Under the pieces are notes generated by a model. It saw only the letters and a program-made list of their open reading frames with translations. It ran no database searches and was not told the origin of the DNA. From assembly GCA_964291655.2 (NCBI GenBank), contig OZ219802.1, positions 2,016,001-2,080,000 of the forward strand: a DNA stretch of 64,000 nucleotides, read 5' to 3'. The DNA is from Chloroflexota bacterium (GTDB taxonomy: Bacteria; Chloroflexota; UBA11872; VXOZ01). A program made the position numbers and the translations under genes. Below are positions 29,083 to 39,514 of the stretch, piece by piece (positions within the stretch are counted from its first letter, which is position 1; every line of letters starts with the position of its first letter).

Positions 29083-30264
29083 CTAATGGTGAAACAGCCG
29101 TAGGTTGGCAAACGCCATAACCATGCCGTATTCATTCGCGGCGTCGATCACCTCGTCATCGCGGTTGGATCCGCCGGCCTGCGCCACGTAGCGCACACCG
29201 CTGCGCGACGCGCGGTCCACATTGTCGCGGAAGGGGAAGTAGGCGTCTGAACTGAGCGCTACGTCCTGCAGCGTGCTCAGCCACTCTCGCTTTTCGTCAG
29301 CCGTGAGGCGGGTTGGCGGCGCGGTGAACGCTTGCAGCCACGCCTCCGTCTCAGCCGCCGTAAGCTCCTCCAAGAGAAAGCGGTCGATGGCGTTGTTGCG
29401 CTCGGCGCGTGATAGCTTCGGGCGGAGCGACAGCCCCAGCACGCTTGGATGCTGGCGGAGATGCCAGAGGTCCGCTTTGTCAGCAGCGAGCCGGGTACAG
29501 TGAATACGAGACTGCTGTCCCGCGCCCAATCCAATCACCTGCCCGTCGGCGGCAAGGCAGACGGAATTCGATTGCGTGTATTTTACGGCAAGCGTCGCCA
29601 CCAATAGGTCTCGCACGGCCGCGGACGGCAACTCAGTTTCAGAGGTCACGATTTCTTGCAGAAACTCGGGGCCCGGCATGCGGTCGTTGCGGCGCTGCTC
29701 GAACGTGACGCCGAAGACCTCCCGGCGTTCGAGCAGCGGTGGCGCGTAGTCCGGATCAATCTGCAGCACCACGTAACTGCCGCCTTTCTTGCGCCGCAGC
29801 ATCTGGAGCGCTTCCGGTTCGTACCCGGGGGCAATTACACCGTCGGAGACCTCGCGGCGGAGCAAGCGCGCAGTTGGCACGTCCACCACATCGCTGAGCG
29901 CGGCCATGTCGCCAAATGAGGAAACGCTATCACCGCCCCGCGCACGCGCATAGGCGGTTGCAAGGGGAGAAAGCGTGACGCTTCCCACTGCGTATGCCGT
30001 ATGCAGGGAGTCGCTCAGTGGCACGGCGACGGCGGCGCCTGCCGGGCTGACGTGCTTGAAAGAGGCGGCCGCCGGCAACTCCAGGGTGTCGCGCAATTCC
30101 TTGACCAGTTGCCAGGCATTCAAAGCATCGAGCAAGTTGATGTACCCGGGCGCGCCATTCAATACGGTGAATGGCAGGGGGTTGCTGCCTTCACCGCGCA
30201 GTACGCGCGCCGGTGTCTGATGCGGATTCACACCATACCGGAGCGGCAAATCATAGCTGTTCAT
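29083..30264 (-). CDS. purH: AICAR formyltransferase lacking the IMP-cyclohydrolase domain (short PurH type)
   Basis: LRYGVNPHQ at the N-terminus, FKHVSPAG, KYTQSNSV, GQQSR, SSDAYFPFRD, RLFHH. Confidence 0.9.
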   Translation of the reverse strand: MNSYDLPLRYGVNPHQTPARVLRGEGSNPLPFTVLNGAPGYINLLDALNAWQLVKELRDTLELPAAASFKHVSPAGAAVAVPLSDSLHTAYAVGSVTLSPLATAYARARGGDSVSSFGDMAALSDVVDVPTARLLRREVSDGVIAPGYEPEALQMLRRKKGGSYVVLQIDPDYAPPLLERREVFGVTFEQRRNDRMPGPEFLQEIVTSETELPSAAVRDLLVATLAVKYTQSNSVCLAADGQVIGLGAGQQSRIHCTRLAADKADLWHLRQHPSVLGLSLRPKLSRAERNNAIDRFLLEELTAAETEAWLQAFTAPPTRLTADEKREWLSTLQDVALSSDAYFPFRDNVDRASRSGVRYVAQAGGSNRDDEVIDAANEYGMVMAFANLRLFHH

Positions 30265-30437
30265 GGTAGTTTCGGTCCTTCCGCAATAGTGGTTTTCATG
30301 TAAGCCTGCGGGCTCTACGCTTCCGCGCGGTCTCCTACGTACACCTTTGCTCCGAGGAATTGCAGCGGGATTAGCCTCTTGAAATCTGAAAGCGTAGCGT
30401 CCCCCGAACCCTCGTGTTGCGGGCGTGCCGCACTCGG

Positions 30438-33299
30438 TTAATCTACAATCGTCACCCTTACCTGCGGCGTCGTAACCTGGTTAGGATTCAGAAAGTGGTC
30501 CACGGCTTTGTTGTACGCCACGACAAAGATCGTATGGACTCCTGTGGCTTGCGGGAGCCATTCTACCTCGAATGGTGGTGTCCTGCGCTGGGCGATCAGT
30601 TTCCCATCAACATAGAAGTCCACTCTATCAAGCGTCTCAGCGGCGGCGTGCGCTCTGATTTGAATGTTCCCTAGCGAAAACACGTCGCCCTCCTGCGGAG
30701 AGAGCAGCTCCAGCTGCGGCACCGTGTTGTCAACCGTGACATGTGCGCGCACTTCCTGTTCCTGACCGCTCGTGTTCCGGGCAGTTACACGGACCGTGTA
30801 GATGCCGCTGGCAGGGAAAGTGTCCCATCCCATCAGCACGCCGTTCGCTACCGGTTGCGTGCGGAGTTCCTCGATCTGCGTCCAGCGCGTTGGTTCCAGC
30901 CCCTCGCCGTAGTCGACCCGGTACCAGTTGAGGTCCGGGATCAGCACGTTGCCTTTGATTTCCAAAATGCTGCGTACGGGACGATCGAACTGCGGCCAGG
31001 ATATCGCCAACGGCGCCACCGGCGCGGGGATGTGCGCCTCGGTTGGCGGCTGGGGGATTTCTTCCTGCCGGGCCCAATCGAGCGCTTCCGGTGGGATGAT
31101 AAAGAACACCAGTTCCTCTATTTGGTCGGCAGGGGTCTGCGGCGAGGCAAGAAGGCCGGTCTCTCGGTGGATTTTGAAAGGTGTGAAAAACTGGTCTTCT
31201 TCGGTGGGTTCTGTGCCGGCGATAAAGTATTCCCAATAGATGCCGCCACAGTCCGGCACATTCTGGTAACCGGAAACTAAGGTGCACAGTGCGGCCAATG
31301 ATTCCTGATCGAGAGTTTCATCGCAATACGGCGTCGCCACCATACCGGTCGCGCGGCAGACCTCTACTTGGACAAGGTCGGCCGGTCGCTCAAACTCTTC
31401 AACCGGTAAGGACTTGAGCACCTCCTCCATGAAGTTTTGCCAAATAGGGGCGGCTCCGGTCAGACCGCTCGTCTCCTTCATGGGGCTACCGTCCGAGTTC
31501 CCTACCCACACGCCAGCGACGAGATTCGGTGTGTAGCCAAACGTCCAGTTATCCTTCGAGTTGTCTGTGGTCCCGGTCTTGGCTGCAGCCGCTCGGGAAA
31601 GCCTTAGAAAACTATTCTCTCCGAACAACGGAGTGCGGGCTTCGTTATCCGAAAGTATGTCGGTGATCAGGAAGGTGATTTGCGGGCTGAGTTTCTGCAC
31701 GCCTTCCGGGGGATCGTATTCGTAGAGCACGTTGCCGGCAGAGTCGGTGATTTTGAGGATGGCTTCCGGCGGACGATACAGGCCGTTTGTGGCGAAAACG
31801 CTATAGACACTGGCCAGGTCGAGGAGTCTCACTTCAGCGCCGCCAAGCACGACCGCGGGTCCGTAGTATGTTTCGTCGTCGAAGGACGTGATGCCCAGTC
31901 GCCGGGCCATCGCGATGCCGTCATTCACTCCCACGAATTGCGCCGCTTTTACTGCCGGAATATTGTAAGAGTTCGCCAAGGCTGCGCGCACTGTCGCTGG
32001 GCCGTGAAACTTCTCGTCGTAGTTCTTCGGCGCGTAGACCGGAGAGCCCGGGATCGTGATGGCAAATGGCACGTCCCAAATCAGGGTTGCGGGAGTCCAG
32101 CCTTTCTCGAACGCTGCCGCGTAGAAGACCGGCTTGATAGCTGAACCGGGTTGTCGCAATGACGTAGTGACGTTCACTTCCCCGTCAATGGTCTGGTCGC
32201 CGTAGTCAACGCTGCCGAGCATGGCCAGAATTTCGCCGGTCTTGGGGTCCAGGGCGATCAGGGCGGCATTGCTGGCATTGTGTGCGGCAAGTTTCGTAAT
32301 CTGTTCCCGCGCCGCCCGCTCTGCCAATCTTTGGTAGTCAAGATCGAGCGTGGTCGTGACGTTGAGGCCCCCTTCGTAGACCGTTTGAGAGCCGTACCGT
32401 TCCTCGAGCAGCTTGCGCACGTAAAAGACGAAGTGGGGGGCGAGCAAGGGTTGGCCGCGCTGACTATACGTGGGCTCGTTGGCATACGTCTCGGCGGCTT
32501 CAGCCTCAGTGATAAACTCGTTCTCGACCATCTGATTCAGCACGTAGAGCTGCCGCTCGCGAGCCCCTTCCTTATTCACGAACGGGTTCAAGCGGCTGGG
32601 TGCTTGCACGATGCCGGCCAGCATCGTGGCTTCGGCAAGGGTGAGGTCCCGCGCCGGTTTATCAAAGTAAACGTTGGCGGCGGCTTCGATGCCATACGCC
32701 AGGTTGCCAAATGCAATTCGGTTCAAGTAGAGGGCGAGAGTTTCATCCTTGTTAAGCTGCTGCGAGATTTGGTACGCAAGAATAATCTCCCTGAGCTTGC
32801 GTTCAATGCTGAATTCAGGGGTAAGAAAGACTGCGCGTGCGAGTTGCTGAGTAATTGTGCTGCCGCCGCCCGCGTAGCGGCCCGTCACCACGCCGAGCAC
32901 GGCGCGGGAAATGCCGCGAATATCGAACCCCGGATTGGAGTAGAAATTACGATCTTCTGCGGCGATTATGGCCTGCTTCATTACAAGCGGGATTTCTTCG
33001 AAGGAGAGGTTGGTGCGTTGCCCCTCAGTGGGGTTATTGATCGTGTAGAGCAGGATGCCGTTTCTATCGTAAATCTTGCTGCTCTCAGGCACAGGCCACC
33101 AATCGGGATCAGACGGATCGGGCAAGTCCTGCGTCAAATACACGTACACGATCCCGGCTGCGGCGCCCACGCTGGCGGTGGCAAAAAGCGTTAAGCCAAA
33201 GAAGGTCCCCGCCAGGACAAGCACGAAAGTGAAGGCGGAGAACGACCGTTTGCTATTCTGCCGTCGGCGGCGTCGCCGTGATAATGTTGGATTTGCCAA
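30438..33299 (-). CDS. PBP1A-family bifunctional transglycosylase/transpeptidase with C-terminal Ig-like domains
   Basis: EDRNFY, GGSTITQQL, RKLRE, RQPGSAIK (SxxK), SYN, KTG. Confidence 0.95.
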   Translation of the reverse strand: MANPTLSRRRRRRQNSKRSFSAFTFVLVLAGTFFGLTLFATASVGAAAGIVYVYLTQDLPDPSDPDWWPVPESSKIYDRNGILLYTINNPTEGQRTNLSFEEIPLVMKQAIIAAEDRNFYSNPGFDIRGISRAVLGVVTGRYAGGGSTITQQLARAVFLTPEFSIERKLREIILAYQISQQLNKDETLALYLNRIAFGNLAYGIEAAANVYFDKPARDLTLAEATMLAGIVQAPSRLNPFVNKEGARERQLYVLNQMVENEFITEAEAAETYANEPTYSQRGQPLLAPHFVFYVRKLLEERYGSQTVYEGGLNVTTTLDLDYQRLAERAAREQITKLAAHNASNAALIALDPKTGEILAMLGSVDYGDQTIDGEVNVTTSLRQPGSAIKPVFYAAAFEKGWTPATLIWDVPFAITIPGSPVYAPKNYDEKFHGPATVRAALANSYNIPAVKAAQFVGVNDGIAMARRLGITSFDDETYYGPAVVLGGAEVRLLDLASVYSVFATNGLYRPPEAILKITDSAGNVLYEYDPPEGVQKLSPQITFLITDILSDNEARTPLFGENSFLRLSRAAAAKTGTTDNSKDNWTFGYTPNLVAGVWVGNSDGSPMKETSGLTGAAPIWQNFMEEVLKSLPVEEFERPADLVQVEVCRATGMVATPYCDETLDQESLAALCTLVSGYQNVPDCGGIYWEYFIAGTEPTEEDQFFTPFKIHRETGLLASPQTPADQIEELVFFIIPPEALDWARQEEIPQPPTEAHIPAPVAPLAISWPQFDRPVRSILEIKGNVLIPDLNWYRVDYGEGLEPTRWTQIEELRTQPVANGVLMGWDTFPASGIYTVRVTARNTSGQEQEVRAHVTVDNTVPQLELLSPQEGDVFSLGNIQIRAHAAAETLDRVDFYVDGKLIAQRRTPPFEVEWLPQATGVHTIFVVAYNKAVDHFLNPNQVTTPQVRVTIVD

Positions 33300-33527
33300 G
33301 GGTTCGGGTCCTCGTTCTTGTGCGCTCTATCAGTCCTTTAACTGTACCATTGGCGCTCGTGTGTGTGGCCGGGGCAAGACGCAAAAAATGCGCGGTGCCT
33401 AATGCATCCGCGCACATTCAATGCAGTCAGAAGGATGGGGAAAGTGTCTCAACGAGTGCAGGCAGACCCACCACATTACTGCGAATTGTCGTATATTGCG
33501 GCGGGGCCTAAGCGAATTCAGCTGCCA

Positions 33528-34754
33528 CTAACGCAACCAGTTGTTCGGGTTCTTGGGGATGTTGTCCAGGCGGATTTCAAAATGGAGATGCGGGCCGCTG
33601 GTGAAACCGGTCATGCCGACAAAACCGATAGGCTGACCTCTTTGGACGGGATCCCCCTCTTTCACCGGTAGCGCCCGCGAGTCGTCCAGGTGCGCATAGA
33701 GCGACGCTTCGTGCCAACTATGCTGGACGATGACCATCATGCCGTACGAACTCCAGGGGTTGCCAGGTATCGCATAGCCGACCTTGATAACCCGGCCGGC
33801 TTGACTGGCGTGCACCGGCGAAAGACGCCCCGCCGCATAATCTATGCCCGTGTGGAAACTCTGCAGCCACGTGCGCACGCCGTAGGCGGCGCTAATGTAC
33901 CCAGCGGCCGGGCGGCGCCAACCATTCGGCGCTTCCTGCGGGAGCTCAAAGTGTCCTGATCGCAGTCGCTCCTTCGCCGCTTCGATATCCGCCTGTATGG
34001 CTAAATTCTCTGCTTCTCTGCGGGCAATCTCTTCCCGCAACGACGCATTCTGCTGCGTTGCGCTACTGGCGCGCTGCTCTGCGTTGGCAAGCAGTGATTC
34101 TCTTTCGGCCTTTAGGCTCTCTAGTTGCGCCTGCTGATATTCACGCTGCAGCTTCAATTGGTCGACTTCCGCGTGCTTCTGCACGAGTGTCGCGTGTTTG
34201 GAGTCTAACTCCGCTTTGCGCTCCTGCGTGGCACGGATATGGCGAACGTCATCGCCCAGGATACGCTGGAAGATGGTGATGCGATTAATCGCTTCGGAAA
34301 AGCTGGAGGCGGTGAGAATGACTTCAAGCGGGGAAACTCGGCTCAGTTTGTAGAGCGCACGCAGGCGACCGCTCGCGATCTCTTGTTCGTCGGCAAGAAT
34401 AGCCTCTTGAAGGGCAATGTCTTGCGTAAGGCTGTGGATTTCAATCTGAAGGCGATCAATCTGGAATTGGGTCTCGTTTACTTCCGCAACCTTCGCAAAC
34501 AGCTCATTCTCAACGTCCTGGAGATTGGCGATCGCAGCGGCTTGCACCCGTTGCGTCCGCACCACTTCCTGCTGCGCCTGCTCCTGTCTGCTCTTCAACT
34601 GCTGCAGATTCTGTTCATTCTGCTGCAGTTCATCTTCCAGATGATCGAGGAAGTCACTGCCAAAGGAATTGCCTGAATCTTCTGCGGCGAATATAGCTTT
34701 AGGTGTCGCCGCGAGCAAGGCGAGCAATGACCCAAGTACACTACGTCGTCGCAT
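33528..34754 (-). CDS. EnvC-like coiled-coil M23 peptidase family protein
   Basis: Signal peptide, long coiled coil, HTGID, YAHL, GPHLHFE. Confidence 0.9.
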   Translation of the reverse strand: MRRRSVLGSLLALLAATPKAIFAAEDSGNSFGSDFLDHLEDELQQNEQNLQQLKSRQEQAQQEVVRTQRVQAAAIANLQDVENELFAKVAEVNETQFQIDRLQIEIHSLTQDIALQEAILADEQEIASGRLRALYKLSRVSPLEVILTASSFSEAINRITIFQRILGDDVRHIRATQERKAELDSKHATLVQKHAEVDQLKLQREYQQAQLESLKAERESLLANAEQRASSATQQNASLREEIARREAENLAIQADIEAAKERLRSGHFELPQEAPNGWRRPAAGYISAAYGVRTWLQSFHTGIDYAAGRLSPVHASQAGRVIKVGYAIPGNPWSSYGMMVIVQHSWHEASLYAHLDDSRALPVKEGDPVQRGQPIGFVGMTGFTSGPHLHFEIRLDNIPKNPNNWLR

Positions 34755-34759
34755 CTAAC

Positions 34760-35443
34760 TCAGTTCTCCTGGAACTTGCCGATTTGTACATCACGTACAA
34801 CTCGACCGCTATCCAACGCTACCACACGACGGGAGAATCCATCAACTACATCTCTATCGTGCGTTGCCACAATTGTAGTAATGCCAAGCTGATTGACCTG
34901 CATGAGTAAAGAGGTAATTTCCCACGCAGCCTCCGGTGAGAGACTGGCCGTGGGTTCATCGGCGATAAAGACTTCCGGGCGATGCACGATTGCCCGCGCA
35001 ATTGCCGCTTTGCGCTGTTCGCCGCCGGAGATTTGCCCGGGGAGGAACGCTGCCCGGTGCTGGAGCCCCACAAGCTCAAGCGCATCTGCCGCGCTGGTGC
35101 GGGCGCGCTTTCCGGTACACCCCTGAACCTGCATTGCCAACGCCACGTTCTCAGCCACGGTCTTTCCGGGAAAGAGCTTCAGGTCCTGAAAGACGATACC
35201 AAAGCGGCGGCGCAATAGAGGGATCTCAGAATCCTTCATCATGGCAAGGTCTTGGCCCCCAACGAGCACCACGCCGGATGAGGCTTGGTCGGCGCGCACG
35301 AGCAGGCTAAGTAAGGTGGTCTTGCCGGCGCCGTTGTGCCCAACAAGAAAGACAAAGTCGCCCTTGGGAACGCTCAAGGTGACGTCGTCGAGCGCGGTGA
35401 CGCGGAAATCATAGACTTTGGAGACGTTGCGCAGAACTATCAT
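34760..35443 (-). CDS. ftsE: Second FtsE-like ABC ATPase
   Basis: GHNGAGKT, VFQDLKL, ISGGEQ, IADEPT, ATHD; start MIVLRNVSK. Confidence 0.85.
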   Translation of the reverse strand: MIVLRNVSKVYDFRVTALDDVTLSVPKGDFVFLVGHNGAGKTTLLSLLVRADQASSGVVLVGGQDLAMMKDSEIPLLRRRFGIVFQDLKLFPGKTVAENVALAMQVQGCTGKRARTSAADALELVGLQHRAAFLPGQISGGEQRKAAIARAIVHRPEVFIADEPTASLSPEAAWEITSLLMQVNQLGITTIVATHDRDVVDGFSRRVVALDSGRVVRDVQIGKFQEN

Positions 35444-35513
35444 GGAATGCTGGATTGTGTTGTTGGTAGAGACGCGGAGGCAACTTGATGGTAAGACAAG
35501 AAAGGCTACAGCC

Positions 35514-36401
35514 CTAAGCGGCCAGGAACCGTCGCACAGAGAGATAACTCCCCAAACCGCCAATGGCGATGCCAAAGAGAGTCAAGATTAAGAATAGACG
35601 AATAAGGTACGTTGTGTCAAATGATACGGGGAAAAAGCTGATCAACTGCTGTAGCAATCCGTGCACCCAAATATACGCGATACCGACCACAATGGAGGAA
35701 AACAGCGCGCCAATGAGGCCAAATAGGACGCCTTCCAGCAAGAACGGCCAGCGGATGAAGTGATCGGATGCGCCCATTAGCCGCAGCACTTCAATTTCCC
35801 CGCGCCGCGCATAGACAGTCAGCCGAATGGCGCTTCCGATTACGAAAAGAGTCACTAAGACGAGACCGGCTCCGAGCGTGTAGCCAAGAAAGCTTGCGAC
35901 CCGGCTGATTTGTAAAAGAATCTTGACCACATCCTGAGGTAGAACGACGTCTTCCACGATCGGATCTTCTTCGAGAAAACTCGCTTGCAATTGGAGGAAC
36001 TCGGCCTCATTTGAGCGTACCTCCAAGCTGGCAGGCAGTGGGTTGTCGAGCAAGGGCTGCAAAAGGTCAGGATCCTCCCGAAATGAGGCTCTTAGTCGAT
36101 CCAATGCCTCTTCTTTGGTGACGTATTCCACCGTAGTGGTGCGAGGATCATCGAGCAACTGCTGCCGCAGCGCCAAAACATCCGATGGCGGCGCGTCATC
36201 CTCCAGGTAGACGATAAGGTTTACTTGCTCCTCCATGCTGGCAATCATGACAGACAGCGCATTCTCAACGATGAGAAACATGCCAAGTGTGGTCATCATC
36301 AACGAGACTATCAGCACAGTAATGATCGACATTGTCCGATGACGCCAGGCGTTTACGACTGCGCTGCCAAACACCGTGGCCGTGTAGCTAAGACCGGCCA
36401 T
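35514..36401 (-). CDS. ftsX: Cell division permease FtsX
   Basis: 4-TM layout, NPLPASLEV, RRGEIEVLRLMGAS..FIRWPFLLEG. Confidence 0.95.
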   Translation of the reverse strand: MAGLSYTATVFGSAVVNAWRHRTMSIITVLIVSLMMTTLGMFLIVENALSVMIASMEEQVNLIVYLEDDAPPSDVLALRQQLLDDPRTTTVEYVTKEEALDRLRASFREDPDLLQPLLDNPLPASLEVRSNEAEFLQLQASFLEEDPIVEDVVLPQDVVKILLQISRVASFLGYTLGAGLVLVTLFVIGSAIRLTVYARRGEIEVLRLMGASDHFIRWPFLLEGVLFGLIGALFSSIVVGIAYIWVHGLLQQLISFFPVSFDTTYLIRLFLILTLFGIAIGGLGSYLSVRRFLAA

Positions 36402-37077
36402 ACTGGTATGTGCCTCTCAATTCGTCCCGTACAATTTCTCCCCGGACCAGTTCCACAACCCGGAGACGCGCTCGATTGACCATCTCTTTATCGTGGGTGG
36501 CCATGACTACCGTAGTTCCCAGCCCGTTTATGCGCATCAGCAAGTCAACGATTTCGGCGGAGGTCACAGGATCCAGATTGCCGGTTGGCTCATCTGCTAT
36601 CAGCACGTCGGGTTTGCGGACCACTGCGCGCGCAATGGCAACACGCTGCTGTTCCCCGCCGGACAACGTAAGAGGGAAGTTCTCGGCAAAAGGAGTCAAC
36701 CCCACCAACTCCAACGCCTCCGGCACGAGTTCATCGATCTTTCGCTGGGGGTGGTGGGCCACGCGCAACGCCATGGCAACGTTTTCGGTCACCGTCTTGT
36801 TCGGCAGTAGCCGAAAGTCCTGGAAAATAATGCTCACCTTGCGCCGATAGTGGGCGAGATGGCGTTTAGAGAGTTGCAGCACGTTGTGTCCGGCGACGAT
36901 AACCGCGCCCGTGGAGGGAAGCTCTTCACGGATCAGCAGCCGGACCAACGTGGACTTGCCGGCGCCGCTTACACCAACGAGGAATACAAACTCTTGCCGC
37001 GGGACCTCCAGGTTGATGTCTCTAAGCGCGTGGATACCGTTGGCATAAACTTTGGAGACGTTCTGCAAGAGAATCAT
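36388..37077 (-). CDS. ftsE: Cell division ATPase FtsE
   Basis: GVSGAGKS, FQDFRLL, LSGGEQQR, IADEPTGNLDP, MATHD. Confidence 0.95.
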   Translation of the reverse strand: MILLQNVSKVYANGIHALRDINLEVPRQEFVFLVGVSGAGKSTLVRLLIREELPSTGAVIVAGHNVLQLSKRHLAHYRRKVSIIFQDFRLLPNKTVTENVAMALRVAHHPQRKIDELVPEALELVGLTPFAENFPLTLSGGEQQRVAIARAVVRKPDVLIADEPTGNLDPVTSAEIVDLLMRINGLGTTVVMATHDKEMVNRARLRVVELVRGEIVRDELRGTYQYGRS

Positions 37078-37347
37078 GGCCGCTCTGTCAGCTTTGCACG
37101 GGCTAGATTCCTAGCGCCTGCGTAGCGGGGGGTGGAGATAGTCGTGATCGCAAAGTGATTCCATTCCTATTATACGACGTATGCCCAGATTAGCGCATGT
37201 AGCCGCTGGGAGTGCTGAAGGGTGTAGACCGGCACAGCGCTCTGGAGCGCGCATTTGACCGGCCAGGGTAGAGCTACCTCATCAGAATGCGGAGAGGGTC
37301 GAAAGCCATAGGCTTGTCTTGGCGCATCGCTGCAAAATCCACCCGGC

Positions 37348-38547
37348 CTACGCTGTTGGCGAAGATCGTACTGCCATCCGGGTGCGGTACTTACCGCCCT
37401 GCCGCATGAGCCACATGTAAAGGATGGTCAGGGCGAACGGCGCCAACGGCATCAACATGAGCGCGTTGAACGCGGCGGGCAGTCCGAAGCCGTCCGCGAA
37501 GAGCCCCACGAACGGCGTGCCCATGCCGCTGATGCCCCAAGCAAATCCGACCATCATGCCTGATGCCATTGCTCTTTGATTTGGCAGGAGTTCATGACTC
37601 ATCACCACGGTAACGGCGAACGTGGAGACGGTAAATGCGCCAATGAATACCAGCATCAAGGGCAGCCAAAATCCATCGGTATGCAAGAAGACGTAAACGA
37701 ACAGCGGTACGGGTAGGAGCGACCAGAGGAGCAGGCCCTCTTTGCTCGTGCGGTCGGCCACGTAGCCGCCAATAAGCGTGCCTATCGCACCGCTAAAGAG
37801 CAGGAAGGGCAGGAGCCCCGCCGCCGCCTCGGGTACCGTCATACCGAGTTCTGCGACGGCATAGAGTGGAATGAACGTGCCCAGGCTTACCCAGAAGAAG
37901 GAGCGGAGAATGACGATAACCAGCAAGAGGATGAAGGGTGTCAGAATCGGTCGAATGTCGAGAAGAGCGGCTTTCAGGTCCGGCGGCGCTAACTCGGTGC
38001 CGGTCTCAATTCGCGGCAGCAGCCGCCAGAGCACCAGCGCCATCAGAACACCCGGCAGCAACATGAGCATGAGTCCGCGCTGCGCCTGCCAGGCAAAGAG
38101 CACGGCGACGACTACCGGTCCCGCGGCGACGCCAATGTTGCCGCCAACAGAGAATATCGAGGTGCCGGTGCTCTGCCGGTCGCCGCTGTAGTGGCCGGCC
38201 GCCTTGTAGCCCTCGGGATGGTAAGCGGCGATGCCCAAGCCGCCGATGGCGACCGCGATAAGTACGAGCCCATACACTGGGGCCTGCGTGGCAACGGTGA
38301 CGCCAACAGCGGCGACGAGCGGTGAGAGGGGGAGTACCAGCTTCCCATTGATGCGATCGCTCACGTAGCCGAGAACCGGCTGGACTGCGCTGGCGGAAAA
38401 GCTGTGCGCTGCCGAGACGAGCGACACGGCAAAATAGGAGAGACCGAACGTGCTCACAAAAATAGGGAGCATGGCGGGCAGCATTCCGCCATAGATATCT
38501 GCAACCACGTGCCCTAGGCTCAGCGTCAGGAGCATGGGCGTATTCAT
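37348..38547 (-). CDS. MFS transporter (Fsr-like)
   Basis: Multiple TM segments; QPVLGYVSDR, YHPEG, SIFSVGGN. Confidence 0.9.
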   Translation of the reverse strand: MNTPMLLTLSLGHVVADIYGGMLPAMLPIFVSTFGLSYFAVSLVSAAHSFSASAVQPVLGYVSDRINGKLVLPLSPLVAAVGVTVATQAPVYGLVLIAVAIGGLGIAAYHPEGYKAAGHYSGDRQSTGTSIFSVGGNIGVAAGPVVVAVLFAWQAQRGLMLMLLPGVLMALVLWRLLPRIETGTELAPPDLKAALLDIRPILTPFILLLVIVILRSFFWVSLGTFIPLYAVAELGMTVPEAAAGLLPFLLFSGAIGTLIGGYVADRTSKEGLLLWSLLPVPLFVYVFLHTDGFWLPLMLVFIGAFTVSTFAVTVVMSHELLPNQRAMASGMMVGFAWGISGMGTPFVGLFADGFGLPAAFNALMLMPLAPFALTILYMWLMRQGGKYRTRMAVRSSPTA

Positions 38548-38669
38548 GCGACGCTTGGTTTTCAACGTGGCACGCGCTTCTTCAGGCCAAAATCTTCGAT
38601 TGCGGTCTCTTCCTCGTGTTGAAGTAACGCGATAGCTGCGGCAATTGCCATGAAAATAAGCGATTCATT

Positions 38670-38801
38670 CCGTTCGCCCCCGCATCGTGTCGATGCGCTG
38701 TATCGTGCGATGCGCGGTATCGAGTACGGGGCAGGCTCTGAGCCTGCCTGTCCTGAGTACTTCGACAAGCTCAGTACAGGCTTTGCCGAAGGGTTGAAGG
38801 G
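38670..38801. repeat. CCGTTCGC-CTGAGCCTG-GAAG repeat carrying multiple nested micro-insertions
   Basis: Removing 38679-38737 and 38747-38793 leaves CCGTTCGCCCTGAGCCTGTTGAAGGG, matching intact copies at ~4447, ~51005 and ~51109. Confidence 0.85.
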
Positions 38802-39164
38802 TCTTAGAGTGAATGGCGTGACGAGTGACAGACTCCTTATCCCACCCGAAACCTCTCCATTTTCATACTCTTTTGTGGCCTTGGCAAGGCCAGGGTAATC
38901 ACTCTGAAGAGTAAATGGTCTAGGCAGATTCGTTCCGGTAGCGCAGGTTTGCAACCTGCGTCTGCGGTTCATCATTCCCGCGCAATCGGGAGCATAACTG
39001 GTCGGCCCTACACTCGGGCCCCATATCGGCACGATACGGGGGTGAGGGTGAGTTGCTCAGCATGCAAGCCGTTGCTTAAACGTCTTTGGCCTTAGACTGT
39101 ATTGACTGCACATGTTATGCAATTAGTAAAGTAAGACCACCCCTCACCCCGACCCTCTCCCTGG

Positions 39165-39305
39165 GGAGATCTTTGCGTAACGCCGTCATTCCGGCGCAAG
39201 CCGGAATCCAGAGCGCTTTTACAACTAAAGACAGCATGGTGTCAAGCCATTACACCTCCGTCCCAGCCTTCCTGCTCAAGAGCGAAGGGTTATGCAAAGG
39301 TCTCC
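39165..39305. mobile_element. Family A MITE, 141-bp form
   Basis: GGAGATCTTTGCGTAAC...GTTATGCAAAGGTCTCC; homologous along its length to 55478-55618; follows CCCTCTCCC. Confidence 0.85.
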
Positions 39306-39514
39306 TTGTGAGAGGAGGCAACACACTTTCCACAGGGTCTCATTTCGCAAGGGTCTTCTCTAGGGAGAAGTGTTTCAGCAGGAGCGATTACGGGCTCACT
39401 CTGGATGCTCGCAATCAAACGAAAAGCCACACCAGCAGGACGGTGTGGCTCGGGACGCGCCCGCAGGGTTGCAAACCTGCGCTACCGACGCTTTGGCAGG
39501 GTCAAAGGACGCGC

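Noticed and set aside
30265-30437. ZMP/ZTP riboswitch upstream of purH
   Set aside because: The conserved GACTGGCG...CGCCTGGG elements are not visible.
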